Of a stretch of DNA of 64,000 nt, positions 54,074 to 64,000 are shown piece after piece. Source of the stretch: a virus. Taxonomy: Duplodnaviria; Caudoviricetes. Numbering within the stretch: the first letter of the stretch is position 1; the number at the start of each line of letters is the position of its first letter. The translations under genes were made by a program, and so were the position numbers. The DNA lies in IMG/VR virus record IMGVR_UViG_3300020463_000014, positions 1-64,000 of that record, one strand, 5' to 3'. The notes under the pieces were generated by a model. That model did not search any database and had not been told where the DNA came from. It saw only the letters and a program-made list of their open reading frames with translations.

Positions 54074-56005
54074 TTAATACCCGCCTCCACCAGAACCACT
54101 AGAACTAGATGATGTGCTGGAACTGCCAGTTGATGATGTACCTACCACAGTTCTACCACTTGAACTATTTAATACTATATTTGTATTTTGATAATCAATA
54201 TTAACACCAACAACTAAATTTGTTTCAGCAACTTTTAAAATATAATTTCTAAGAGGTTTAACCGATGTTTGATCTTGAGGAGTAGCTGAAATTTTAATGG
54301 TTGTTGAACCATCAATAATTGCTCTTGGTTCAAATCCATTTAATTGAACCAATCCACTTTGTGGAAAGTAAGATCCAATATTATCAACTAACACTGAACT
54401 ATTTGCATCAATAATTTGAAGTATTGTAGTATTTAATTTATTTCTCATTCTTGCAATAGTATTATTTTCACCATATGTAAAAGATGTAGATGTAATACTA
54501 TAAGAATCTAAACCAGGCTGTTCTAATCTTATTGGAAAATATATGCTATAAGTATCTTGTAAATTTAATGTCGGTTTAAATTCAATTTGAAGCCTAACAT
54601 CCATGCTTGAAGAAAGAATTGATTGGTCATATGCATCAATCTGAGTTAGTAATGTTGATCTTCTAAAGGTTTTACCAAATCCTCTTAATACTGTATTAAA
54701 ATGAGTAGTAATAAGTTCTTTTACTCTGCCTTCAATATTACCAGATTTTAGACCAGTAAGATTAGGATCCCATTGAACTCTTGTATCTAGTTCAAAATTT
54801 AAAACTACTGGATCTACAAATTTTGTTCCAATAGCCATAATTCCAAGATTGTTTGCATATGTATTAACTATATTTGCTTTAATATCTGTTTGTTCTGCTG
54901 CAGTAGTAGTATCAGCAAATTGAGTGCTAATATAAACACATCCATAATCAACCGGAATATTATCTTGACTACCCCAACAAGCTACTGCTTCTATTTGCGG
55001 AAAATTAGCTTTGATCATTGATTCATAATCTAATGCAGTGACTAATCTTTGTTGAGTAGCAAATGCTGCTGGAGCTAACTGTTTAATAGTATCAATAGAC
55101 TGTAATTCTGAACCACTAATAGATTTTGTAATTCCAATAACATTTACGGGGTAACTTTGACCAAGTACACCAATGGTATCATTAGCTGTAAATGTAACTC
55201 CACCATTACCAGCAGATCCTGCTGTACTAAGATAATTAATAATAATTTTATTACCAGCAACTGGTGCTCGACCAAATGATACACCATCACCAAAATTTAA
55301 CTCATAATATCCATTAGGCATTTCTCTTAATGTATAATAAGCTGAAGTAGAATCTACTGTTACTGCTCTACTTAATTCAGTATAAGTGTCAAAATCTTCT
55401 GATGTTGTAGAATTATATACACTTACAACTGCAGTTTTAATATCCATATTTGGATCTGGTATTATATAAACTTGTCTATCAGATGTCTCACCAACATAAA
55501 AAGTTTTTGTAGTTACTTTACCCTCAAATGCTGTAATTTCTTGAACACCAGTATCTGTTGTAAATGTATATACGCCATTTGCTTCTGTACCAGTATATTT
55601 TTGCCTAGTATGAAATTGATATGTGTTGCCATCAATATTTGTATTAAAGGTAAAACCAGAAGGAAGAAGAATTGAAGTAGGTCTTCCTACAACTAAACCA
55701 GTATTGATACTTACTCTTAATGTAACTTTTGAAGATGTTTTTGATGCAACATCTAAACCAAGCATTTCTGCGTGTGATACTACCGAAGGTCTTAATTGTG
55801 CTGTATCAAGAAATGATTCGTTTAATGCAAAATTAGCTATAAGTCCATTGTAGTGTGTATTATATGCTAATACATCTAAGATATTATTTAAACCCGATGC
55901 TTCAAAATCATAATCCGCAAACTCAGATTTTGCTTCAAAAAAAGTTTTTAATGAAGACTTAATATTTTCAAAGTCAAGCTGTGTTGATGTAATATTAGTT
56001 GCCAT
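54074..56005 (-). CDS. gp6: Baseplate wedge subunit
   Basis: LDFENIK.SLK, F.DYDFEASGL..ILDVLAYNTHY, NESFLDTAQLR.SVVS.A, FGDG..G, QQR.VTA.DY. Confidence 0.95.
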   Translation of the reverse strand: MATNITSTQLDFENIKSSLKTFFEAKSEFADYDFEASGLNNILDVLAYNTHYNGLIANFALNESFLDTAQLRPSVVSHAEMLGLDVASKTSSKVTLRVSINTGLVVGRPTSILLPSGFTFNTNIDGNTYQFHTRQKYTGTEANGVYTFTTDTGVQEITAFEGKVTTKTFYVGETSDRQVYIIPDPNMDIKTAVVSVYNSTTSEDFDTYTELSRAVTVDSTSAYYTLREMPNGYYELNFGDGVSFGRAPVAGNKIIINYLSTAGSAGNGGVTFTANDTIGVLGQSYPVNVIGITKSISGSELQSIDTIKQLAPAAFATQQRLVTALDYESMIKANFPQIEAVACWGSQDNIPVDYGCVYISTQFADTTTAAEQTDIKANIVNTYANNLGIMAIGTKFVDPVVLNFELDTRVQWDPNLTGLKSGNIEGRVKELITTHFNTVLRGFGKTFRRSTLLTQIDAYDQSILSSSMDVRLQIEFKPTLNLQDTYSIYFPIRLEQPGLDSYSITSTSFTYGENNTIARMRNKLNTTILQIIDANSSVLVDNIGSYFPQSGLVQLNGFEPRAIIDGSTTIKISATPQDQTSVKPLRNYILKVAETNLVVGVNIDYQNTNIVLNSSSGRTVVGTSSTGSSSTSSSSSGSGGGGY

Positions 56006-56449
56006 TTATCTTAGCCTCGCTACTGATGTTTCAATGACTTCTATTGAGCCTGTTGAAATTACTTGAAACTCTATTCTACAAAAAATATTGTTTAAGTCTG
56101 GTTGAATTACTGATTGAACATTTATAAGCCTAGCTCTTGGTTCCCAATTTTTTATTGCCATTGCAATTTCTTGATTTACATCATCTTCTATCAAATCATC
56201 ATTTAATTCAAATAATAAACCTGATAAATCAGCACCAAAATTATGTGAAAACGGTTTTTCAAATTTATTGGTCATTAATAAATTCTTTACAGCTTGTTTA
56301 ACTGCTGCAGCATCTTCTTTTTTAAAAATATCGCCATTAGTTTTTTTATTAAATGATAAATTAACATCCTTGCTCAGCCGCGTTCCCGAAGTAATAATAC
56401 TCGGAGTAGATAAAATGCCATCTTCTGTTGCAAAAGCTCTTGTTACCAT
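56006..56449 (-). CDS. gp25: Baseplate wedge / sheath nucleator
   Basis: AVKQAVKNL..TN..EKPF...FG..L..LLFE...I...EPR. Confidence 0.92.
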   Translation of the reverse strand: MVTRAFATEDGILSTPSIITSGTRLSKDVNLSFNKKTNGDIFKKEDAAAVKQAVKNLLMTNKFEKPFSHNFGADLSGLLFELNDDLIEDDVNQEIAMAIKNWEPRARLINVQSVIQPDLNNIFCRIEFQVISTGSIEVIETSVARLR

Positions 56450-56474
56450 TTTGTTTATCTTCTATTGTTTATTC

Positions 56475-56482
56475 TATTTATA
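56475..56482 (-). promoter_or_regulatory. T4-type late promoter upstream of gp25
   Basis: Exact intergenic TATAAATA. Confidence 0.78.
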
Positions 56483-56492
56483 CATTTATTTG

Positions 56493-59400
56493 TTAACTTA
56501 AACTCCAATTAAGACTTGTTTGTCCCAGCATAAACTCTTCCTGGCCAGATCCTATTTCAGCAGCCATGTATAGATGATTAGATGGAATAGCTCTGCTTAT
56601 ATAAACTCTATATTCAGTAGGACCAAAGTCATAGCCGTAGTTTCCATATTTTTTAAACCATTCCTGTTCACCATCAACATCATGATATATGAGAATACTT
56701 CCTGGAGCGTGTTTACCCGCTTTTGCTGCTGCTGTTAATTCTTCTACACTGCCATATGTGCCAAATGGTAATTTTGTTTCTATTCTATCTTTCTTTGGTT
56801 TAGGTTCTGGTACTTGTTTTTTCTCTTCAACTGGTTTTGCTGCTTCAGCTTTTGTTTCAGCAGTTTGATAAATTTTATTTGTCCTCGGGGCTGGAATAGA
56901 TCCACCTTCTTCATCTCTCATAGAAAACAAACTAGCATCTTTATATACAGAAAAATCACCGCCCCAGCCAAGACCATGTGCTCGAGCAATAAATGATATT
57001 GCATTAGGAAAATCATGAACTAATGTAGTACCTTTTAAATTTTGAGAAATATTTATGTTTATTCCTAATCCAGATGCATTTGATGTCCATAAATCTTCAC
57101 CAGTAAATTCATCTGGAAGATTTGAATATCTTTGAGTAGTAGTTGCATATCCATCAAGAGTTTTAATTTCATAATTATAATCTGGTCCTTCAAGCTTATT
57201 AATAAATGCTTGAAAGTTATTCCATACAGCAGCAGAAACAAATGTATAAAAGCCATTTTTTGTTTTAATTTTCTTTAAACCTTCATCAGTAATTGCTGGC
57301 GTTGTTGGTTCTTCAAGTTCAATTGATCCAGTTTCACTTAAAGCGATTTCAATTAAATCTTTAGTTGATTGAACTTCATTATTAAAGTGAGTTTCTATTT
57401 CTTGCTTAAAAGTAACATTATAATTTTGAGGTATTTCTGGCATTACTACAATAATACTAGCGTACAATATTTTTTCACCAGAAGATAATTCATCAACTTC
57501 ATAAGTGTCATAAGACATTATTAATTTATCGTATTCAGCATTATCTTTTAAGTATGCTGCTAAATCAAATGTAACACCTGGAGATAGATCTCCACTTCTT
57601 GAGTTACGTACTTCAAAACCAACTACTCTTCCCGTTGCAGATAATTTTGTTATAGAATCACTTGGTGCAGAAACATCTGTTGTTCCTAATTTTTGTACAC
57701 CTTCAACTATTTTTATGTTAAAGCCTTCCATAAACTTTGGTACTTTTACTAATTTTAATAATTTAACAGTTGCAACTAAATTTCTTGCCATTCTATGTCT
57801 TTCGACTTGACTCATATCATTCATTGTTTCAGAGTTCGGAAAGAATTTGGCTACTGGTATTCCAGGTGAAAGAAGCGTACCCATTTTAATGTCTTTTATA
57901 TTATTTGGATTATATTGCGCTTCAGGAACAATAAATTTAATTTGCTTTTTAGATGTGTCTGTTGGTTTATATCTAATAGTTTTAGCTCCTGGATCAGCAG
58001 CTCCAATAGTATTAGAACCCATTCGTGATTGAGTTTTCTTTCCTAATATTCTATTGACATGTTCCGGAACTTTTTCTGAATACGAAGAAGATAATGTGTC
58101 ATTTGCAATGCACTCATTAACAAATGCTAAGTTAGATTTATTTGCAGGGTTGCGCAATTTAATTCTTATTTCAGATGTGGTAAGTGGTTTATCAGTAACT
58201 CCAGCGGTTGTAACTGTTTTATCCATATAATTGTATATGCCATCATCGTCATCTACAAAAACTGATTGTACCATATAAGCAGATTTATCTAAAAATACTG
58301 ATGTTGTCGTTTCAGTTGGTAATGGTTTTAAATTATCTAATCCACTTGGACCATAATCACTTGCAGCATCAGTTGGCCATTTCTTTGGTCCTTTTGTAGT
58401 ATTTGCTGCAGTCACAGCTATAGCATCTTGTGTGCTACTTGTATAAGGATAAGGAGTACCAGTTGTTCCTCCCCCTGGATCCGGGTCAGCATAATTTTGA
58501 GCGGCTGTAATATTAGCTTGTAATGCAGTTCCATTTAAACTACCATGAAATGTAGTTGCATGCATAGATGTTGAATTTACTCGAGTTGAATTAATTGTTT
58601 GAGTATCTAATGTATCAGTTGCATACACACTTTTTGTAGTAACAGTGTCAATTGCATTTATTGAATGACCAGTAAACATATTATAGTTATACATTACAAT
58701 ATTCTCACCACCAATAGTTCCAGTATTACCTGTAGCAGTTAAATCTTGTGCAACAACATTAATGTTAGGTGATGTTAAACTAATTTCGGTTTGTGATGTA
58801 AGAGTTGTAGATCCTTTGTGATTATAATCTGATTCACCTCTTACAATAAATTCATAATCTTCTTTTACTGAAGTGCTTAGTTTTCCAAGAAATGTATTTG
58901 TAACATCTTTCAATACTGTAGTGCTTTTTACTTTTTGAATAGTTTCAGCCATCATACCAATAATTCGTTTAGTATAAGACCCAAAAACATTTACAATCCA
59001 ATGACCTCCAACTTTTAAATTATAATTACCACCAACATCAAGATTAAAATCTCCACCAATATTCATAGTCAAATCACCTGAATATGTAAGATTTCCATTA
59101 CCTTCTGTAAATAAATGATGATTGCCAGTTATTAAATCAACTCTATTGCCTCTTGCATTAACAATAACAGAACCATCTGGTTTTATTTCAACACCTGCAC
59201 CACATAAATGTTTTAAAAGAATTCTTTCACTTCCAATTGTATCATCATATAATGCTACATGACCTTTTGGCGTTGTTTTAATTGAAACCTGCGCGGCGTC
59301 AGATGGTGTTGAATGTGTCAATGATATATCTTCACGGCCAATTACAGTACTTACATCAGTTTCTAAATTATGAATCGAAACACCACGTGTGCTTTTTTCA

Positions 59401-59540
59401 GTACCCTGTTCAAAGAAATAATCAGCTGTTGGATTTTCACCTGATGCATCTTCAAAACCAGTTCCTCGAACAGTTCCTAATAGAAGAGCTCTTCTATCTC
59501 GTGCAGCTACATTTTCAAGTTCTTTATTATTTAAACTCAT
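56493..59540 (-). CDS. gp5 C-terminal half (beta-helix spike) fused to degenerate M15 peptidase-like domains
   Basis: TPKGHVALYDDTIGSERI.L.H..G matches the gp5 SGH..EFDDTPG.ER...H..G segment; 8-residue (V/I).G repeats; C-terminal SNASGLGININ...WGGDF...DASLF. Confidence 0.75.
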   Translation of the reverse strand: MSLNNKELENVAARDRRALLLGTVRGTGFEDASGENPTADYFFEQGTEKSTRGVSIHNLETDVSTVIGREDISLTHSTPSDAAQVSIKTTPKGHVALYDDTIGSERILLKHLCGAGVEIKPDGSVIVNARGNRVDLITGNHHLFTEGNGNLTYSGDLTMNIGGDFNLDVGGNYNLKVGGHWIVNVFGSYTKRIIGMMAETIQKVKSTTVLKDVTNTFLGKLSTSVKEDYEFIVRGESDYNHKGSTTLTSQTEISLTSPNINVVAQDLTATGNTGTIGGENIVMYNYNMFTGHSINAIDTVTTKSVYATDTLDTQTINSTRVNSTSMHATTFHGSLNGTALQANITAAQNYADPDPGGGTTGTPYPYTSSTQDAIAVTAANTTKGPKKWPTDAASDYGPSGLDNLKPLPTETTTSVFLDKSAYMVQSVFVDDDDGIYNYMDKTVTTAGVTDKPLTTSEIRIKLRNPANKSNLAFVNECIANDTLSSSYSEKVPEHVNRILGKKTQSRMGSNTIGAADPGAKTIRYKPTDTSKKQIKFIVPEAQYNPNNIKDIKMGTLLSPGIPVAKFFPNSETMNDMSQVERHRMARNLVATVKLLKLVKVPKFMEGFNIKIVEGVQKLGTTDVSAPSDSITKLSATGRVVGFEVRNSRSGDLSPGVTFDLAAYLKDNAEYDKLIMSYDTYEVDELSSGEKILYASIIVVMPEIPQNYNVTFKQEIETHFNNEVQSTKDLIEIALSETGSIELEEPTTPAITDEGLKKIKTKNGFYTFVSAAVWNNFQAFINKLEGPDYNYEIKTLDGYATTTQRYSNLPDEFTGEDLWTSNASGLGININISQNLKGTTLVHDFPNAISFIARAHGLGWGGDFSVYKDASLFSMRDEEGGSIPAPRTNKIYQTAETKAEAAKPVEEKKQVPEPKPKKDRIETKLPFGTYGSVEELTAAAKAGKHAPGSILIYHDVDGEQEWFKKYGNYGYDFGPTEYRVYISRAIPSNHLYMAAEIGSGQEEFMLGQTSLNWSLS

Positions 59541-61771
59541 TTTTTACCTACACTTTCATTATACGATTTAAGGCTATTAATAGGAATCCCTAACATATTT
59601 TTTATACCAAGCGCGCCTCGAGTAGCTTCAATTATAGATTTTCCTTCAGCTATAAATTCAGCTTGTTTTTCTCTATCTAGCACAACATTTACAACTTCAT
59701 CTGTAATTAATTCTTTTGGTTTTATTATATCACCTTCTTTTAATATATCATTATTAAGAAGTTGTACAATTTCATCATATCCATGAGCTAAAATAGGTAT
59801 AGCTCCAGGTAATGGCGCTGCAGTTTTTACTTGCTCTTTATCTGGTACAGGAGGAATTACAGCTGGAGCTGGAGAAGGTGTGACAAATGGAGCATTATTT
59901 TCTGTAATAGCATCAGATAACATAACTTGCTCTGCAACTAATGCATCTTGGTCTATATTTTCTAATTCTGGATCTGTTTGATTAGTAGTTTTAAATCTAT
60001 TTTTTAAATATCCTCCAACATCAAATCCAGGATCTTGAGCCCAATGTTCAACATCATTATGTCCAAAAACACTACAGCCCGGCCATATTGCATAATAAGA
60101 TTTTACTATTATATCAAGAGTTTTCATTTGAGCAGTCGTTAAAGATTCTTTACCTTGTTTCCAATATTCTTTCTTTTCAGTTGAATAAGAATTCAATCCG
60201 CCTATAAAGACTACACCAATACTATATTTGTCATGATTATCAGCATGACGGCCTTCAATATAAACTGGCCGGCCTCTTTCTATTTGTCCATTTTTCTTTA
60301 CAACATAATGATAACCAATACCATCTTGATTCAGCGCTATAGCTCTTTCATGTACTTCTTCAGCACCTGCATGAGATTGATCTAGAAAATGTTCACTCCA
60401 GTGCAATATGAGTTCTGTAACTTCTCTTTTAACACTATTAAATTCTGCAACTAATTCTTCAGGTGAATTAACTCGAGTAAATGCGTATTCACCTGGATTT
60501 TTAACTTTTCTTTTACTTTCAGAAATTACCGTTTGCGCACCTGACCAATTAGATGCAGCTTGACCTATTTCAATTCTTTCAGATGAAAGAGGAGGACTAT
60601 CTGCATCATCTGGCACAATATTGGTAGAAAGATCTGTTGTAAGACTATTAACCTTTGTTTCAATATCAGTAGTAAGTTTACCCATTTGATTTTCAATAAT
60701 AGCTCTGGCCTGTTCGGCTGGCATTCCTGGTATTGTTATTTTACCTGTGTCTGGATCTAAGTATGGAACAATCTCTGCGCCAAATGTTGTTAACTTACCT
60801 GTGTCTGGATCTAAGTATGGAACAATTTTTCCTAAGTTAGCACTTTGTGCTATTGCAGCTGAATTAATGTCATTAATCACTGATGTAAATTTTTCATTTT
60901 TTAAATTTTTTACAGCTTGTGCAACTTGGCTAACAGACAAAACACCGCCAGCTAAATCTTTTATTCCTCTTGTCAAATGATCATCTGCCGCTAATTTAGC
61001 ATTTTGAATTAATCCTAGTGCATTATTAATTCCAAAATCAACATTTGTTACTGTGTCTAAAATGTTATCTACATCTCTAATTGATACATTTAAATCCACA
61101 TTCAATGCGTTTTGCAAACCACCTAAGCCATTAGTTAATTTTTTTAGCTGATTAGGAAAAGCAGTTACATTATTTAATGCACCAGTTAGATTTGTGCCAA
61201 GAGCATTAGCAGCAGACTCTAATATAGCAACTTTTGCTAAACCATCTTTTGCAAAATCTGATAATTCTGCAGGAACAATTCCCTTCATAATTTTATCAAA
61301 ATCAGGAAGTTCACCTGTAACTTTATTAATAGCAGATTGAATTGATTGTGGCGTTCCAACTAATTTATTAGCTTTTTTTATTCCAGCTCTAAGTGTTGTA
61401 TATTCAGTTTTTGGTGTAAACACTTCTCCATCAGGATTTGTCCATGGTCGAGCACTCATTTGTTGAACAATTTCTTCTTCTGCAGTAGTTAAAGCCTTAT
61501 TCATTTTATCTTCAAGACCAGGCATTTCATTAGTTAAAGTTGCAATAGGTGCTACTGCTACTAAATTTGCTATGCTTTCTTTTGCTACTGGCAAAGATTC
61601 GGTAAGTGATTTAATACCATTGATAGAATTACCAACTTTATTTAAAGCCAATTTAGTTTCATTTAAAGCTTTTATTCCATTACTAACTTTATCTATTTTA
61701 GAAGTCAAGTTTTGAAAGTCTAATGTACCTCGTACATTATTTAATTTATCGTTTAATCCTCTAATATCCAT
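59537..61771 (-). CDS. Virion-associated N-acetylmuramoyl-L-alanine amidase with long helical N-terminus
   Basis: LILHWS, IGYHYVV..NG.IERGRP, SIGVVFIGG, T.AQ..TL, GHNDV....DPGFDV (Amidase_2 / T7-lysozyme family). Confidence 0.85.
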   Translation of the reverse strand: MDIRGLNDKLNNVRGTLDFQNLTSKIDKVSNGIKALNETKLALNKVGNSINGIKSLTESLPVAKESIANLVAVAPIATLTNEMPGLEDKMNKALTTAEEEIVQQMSARPWTNPDGEVFTPKTEYTTLRAGIKKANKLVGTPQSIQSAINKVTGELPDFDKIMKGIVPAELSDFAKDGLAKVAILESAANALGTNLTGALNNVTAFPNQLKKLTNGLGGLQNALNVDLNVSIRDVDNILDTVTNVDFGINNALGLIQNAKLAADDHLTRGIKDLAGGVLSVSQVAQAVKNLKNEKFTSVINDINSAAIAQSANLGKIVPYLDPDTGKLTTFGAEIVPYLDPDTGKITIPGMPAEQARAIIENQMGKLTTDIETKVNSLTTDLSTNIVPDDADSPPLSSERIEIGQAASNWSGAQTVISESKRKVKNPGEYAFTRVNSPEELVAEFNSVKREVTELILHWSEHFLDQSHAGAEEVHERAIALNQDGIGYHYVVKKNGQIERGRPVYIEGRHADNHDKYSIGVVFIGGLNSYSTEKKEYWKQGKESLTTAQMKTLDIIVKSYYAIWPGCSVFGHNDVEHWAQDPGFDVGGYLKNRFKTTNQTDPELENIDQDALVAEQVMLSDAITENNAPFVTPSPAPAVIPPVPDKEQVKTAAPLPGAIPILAHGYDEIVQLLNNDILKEGDIIKPKELITDEVVNVVLDREKQAEFIAEGKSIIEATRGALGIKNMLGIPINSLKSYNESVGKK
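60741..60826. repeat. Perfect 32-bp direct repeat, 54-bp period (IVPYLDPDTGK x2)
   Basis: ttacctgtgtctggatctaagtatggaacaat at 60741-60772 and 60795-60826. Confidence 0.95.
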
Positions 61772-61781
61772 AACTTATCTC

Positions 61782-62888
61782 CTATGTGCCACTAACAAAT
61801 TTACGATGATACACTAAAGCATGTGTAATTCGAGTTCTTAAAGTTGGTGACCAATATCTTCTGCCAGCAGAATTTTTATGAGTTCCTTGTGCTGTGTAAG
61901 GACACGCCCCAAATGATCCACCATACCTTACAAATTTACTTGATGGTCTTTCATAAAATCTACATACACTATAAGTAGCATTTGGAACATCAGCGCCACA
62001 TGCATTAACATATCCCCATGCTTTCTTTTCATTATGTGGCCCAGAATCTGTGCATTCGTGCCAAATAAATCTGCATTGAGCATCTAAACTTTGCCATGGT
62101 AATCCAACATTTTCTGAAAATTTTATTAAATTTTCCCAACGCTGACCTCTCCATTGGCATAAACCAAAAGCTGGCAAACCAACATCATCTGGATTAACTA
62201 TTTCACTCCATGGGCCGCTTTTAATAAATAGATTTTGGCCTTCGTATATGCTATCATAATCTTGCGATTCACTTACTTTACTTGTTGTATAGATTGCATT
62301 AAAATCTTTTCCTTGTCCAGGTCCGGATTCGGCTTTTATATTTCCCATGAATCCACAAACTTGCGCCGGTTCCATAAAGTTACTAAGTGAAGTAAATATT
62401 TTTTCTTCTACACCATTTCCTGGCATTGCCTTTGCAATTGCTTCAATTTCGGCAGCATTTGGCTGAACTGACGGAGCTTCTCCTGCTGAATACGTATTAT
62501 TTGTTCTTGAAGATGTAACACCACCTGCATCTACTAATGGTGATATAAGAGTGGGATCAGAGGCTTGTATATAAGAAGGTTCTTGTATAGTAACATAGCT
62601 TCCAAGAATTAGTGGTATTTGAGATAATTCTCCATCTAAAAACATGCCATGAACCATTGCACCTTTAGCCAATACTGAATTCTCTCCTTGGCCTGAAATT
62701 CCTGGAGAAGTTGTAGGAATTAAACATTGTGCCCAAGGCAGATCATTATCTTCTATTTCAAGATTATCATGAATGCCAAATATTCTAACTTGCACTCTTC
62801 CCATGCCTTTTGGATCGTCATTTCTTCTGACTTTTCCTATAAAAAATCTTGGATTATCACCCCAATATTCATTAGATATACTTTTCAT
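61782..62888 (-). CDS. gp5 N-terminal OB-fold fused to phage tail lysozyme (Phage_lysozyme2-like)
   Basis: FFIG.V....DP...GRV.VRIFGIH....LPWA...V.G.FLDG...Q.P.ILG (gp5 OB-fold); GF.GNI.AES...FGLCQW...R...LDAQ..FI..E...YERP. Confidence 0.85.
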   Translation of the reverse strand: MKSISNEYWGDNPRFFIGKVRRNDDPKGMGRVQVRIFGIHDNLEIEDNDLPWAQCLIPTTSPGISGQGENSVLAKGAMVHGMFLDGELSQIPLILGSYVTIQEPSYIQASDPTLISPLVDAGGVTSSRTNNTYSAGEAPSVQPNAAEIEAIAKAMPGNGVEEKIFTSLSNFMEPAQVCGFMGNIKAESGPGQGKDFNAIYTTSKVSESQDYDSIYEGQNLFIKSGPWSEIVNPDDVGLPAFGLCQWRGQRWENLIKFSENVGLPWQSLDAQCRFIWHECTDSGPHNEKKAWGYVNACGADVPNATYSVCRFYERPSSKFVRYGGSFGACPYTAQGTHKNSAGRRYWSPTLRTRITHALVYHRKFVSGT

Positions 62889-62898
62889 TTATAAGCCT

Positions 62899-64000
62899 TT
62901 ATCTTTTCTGATGTGATAATTTACATAATCCTAAAGTGGTAGAAAAAGCACCATCACCTGCAGGACTAAATGTATGTTTAGCTGTGTATATTAAATAATT
63001 GCCAGACTTTTTTATATCTAATTCTTGACTATTTTCAATGTTATCATGCATTGCATTTTTTTTAATTTCTACACTTATTCTATTACTTATAGTCATATTT
63101 GCATCTTTTGCTAAAAAGTTTCTACCTGGTACTTCGATAGTTAAACTTGATTTATGCAAATACCCTCTCAATCCACGGGCCGTTACTTTTAAGTTATGTA
63201 AATCACCTGTATGATATTCGTTATACCCTCTAATAAGATCAGGTGAACCATTTGAAACTCCACTTTGTGAGCGAGTTGTAGTAATGTTAGTTATTGTTGA
63301 TGCATTATATTGACTCATATTTTTACCACCTAACATTGCTTTATCGTCATAAACTGGTATATCATCTTCAGGCATAATTCCTAACATTTTTGCTCGGGCA
63401 AATGTTTCTCCAGGATTATGTTTTCGTACATGTATTGTTCCACGATACGTATCGATAAAATTATATGTTGAAGGGCCTAAACCAATATTATTATATGTAT
63501 TCTGGCTTTCAGAGTTTTTCATTGAATAGCTTTTTATTATGAAAAGTTTTTCTATTGGTTTTAATGTATGAGCTTTAGCTGCAATCGATTCAGAATAAGT
63601 GTATGGTAATAATCCACTTCCAGGATTATTTACTGTTGGTAATTTAAGCATTGTTTCTAAATCTAAAAATCTAATTCTATCATCGCCCATACTAGCAAAA
63701 ACATAAAATGGATACCCATTGCCGCTTATACATCTATCACATAACCACAAAAGTGCATCTAAAGGGCCAATATTTGGTATCAATATTTTTAAAGTTCCAT
63801 CTATTAATGGTTCAATATCATCATTAAATAATAATTCATTATTTAAAAAATAATCTGATCCACTAAATGTGTATCTATTTAATTCATTTAATAAGCTTTG
63901 CATTATTTCAACTGGGTTACTTACAAACCCTCCGTCGTTAAATCCGCCGCGACTTTCAACTGCTTTAAATACTTTATTGATTGCCATTAAATTAGATTGG
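62899..64000 (-). CDS. Baseplate hub protein (gp27-like), 5' end outside the window
   Basis: The frame stays open from 63987 to the window end. IPN..PL.A..WL and I.VPG.....G.....D...SG.YLI...KH.F are hub-type motifs; upstream of gp5. Confidence 0.65.
   Translation of the reverse strand, partial: QSNLMAINKVFKAVESRGGFNDGGFVSNPVEIMQSLLNELNRYTFSGSDYFLNNELLFNDDIEPLIDGTLKILIPNIGPLDALLWLCDRCISGNGYPFYVFASMGDDRIRFLDLETMLKLPTVNNPGSGLLPYTYSESIAAKAHTLKPIEKLFIIKSYSMKNSESQNTYNNIGLGPSTYNFIDTYRGTIHVRKHNPGETFARAKMLGIMPEDDIPVYDDKAMLGGKNMSQYNASTITNITTTRSQSGVSNGSPDLIRGYNEYHTGDLHNLKVTARGLRGYLHKSSLTIEVPGRNFLAKDANMTISNRISVEIKKNAMHDNIENSQELDIKKSGNYLIYTAKHTFSPAGDGAFSTTLGLCKLSHQKR

Noticed and set aside
54074-54160. 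Ser/Gly low-complexity tail of gp6
   Set aside because: A simple low-complexity extension of a kind seen on gp6 of marine T4-like phages; no further structure.
486-60980. Numerous short plus-strand and alternate-frame ORFs in the ORF track
   Set aside because: They are shadows of long minus-strand genes, lack RBSs and mirror codon patterns. Only 32758-33288 and 33288-33533 have independent expression signals.

Overview
AT-rich segment of a T4-like myophage genome, with gene order resembling marine T4-like phages. It covers the late virion-morphogenesis module, almost all on the minus strand. In transcription order it holds: a baseplate hub (gp27-like, truncated at the window end); a gp5 split into three genes; gp25, gp6, gp7-like and gp8; a VrlC-like protein; fibre genes including a 4508-aa giant adhesin; gp13, gp14, gp15; two probable internal head proteins; gp16, gp17; and the start of gp18. 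T4 late promoters (TATAAATA) punctuate the region. The main discovery candidate is a 13-gene, ~10.7 kb cassette (33556-44281) embedded among the tail genes. It encodes five radical SAM enzymes (four SPASM/twitch-like, one B12-binding type), four Fe(II)/2OG oxygenases and three unknown proteins. These surround a late-promoter-driven 187-aa protein ending in CHAS-CHSS-CHGS-RGRR. It looks like a phage-encoded RiPP-like post-translational modification system acting on a probable virion protein. A second signal is a strong excess of Asp-Ser (DS) dipeptides in a specific subset of tail, neck and baseplate proteins, suggesting a modification sequon. A two-gene early-promoter island is inserted antisense. 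All calls come from motif recognition by eye; no database searches were run.
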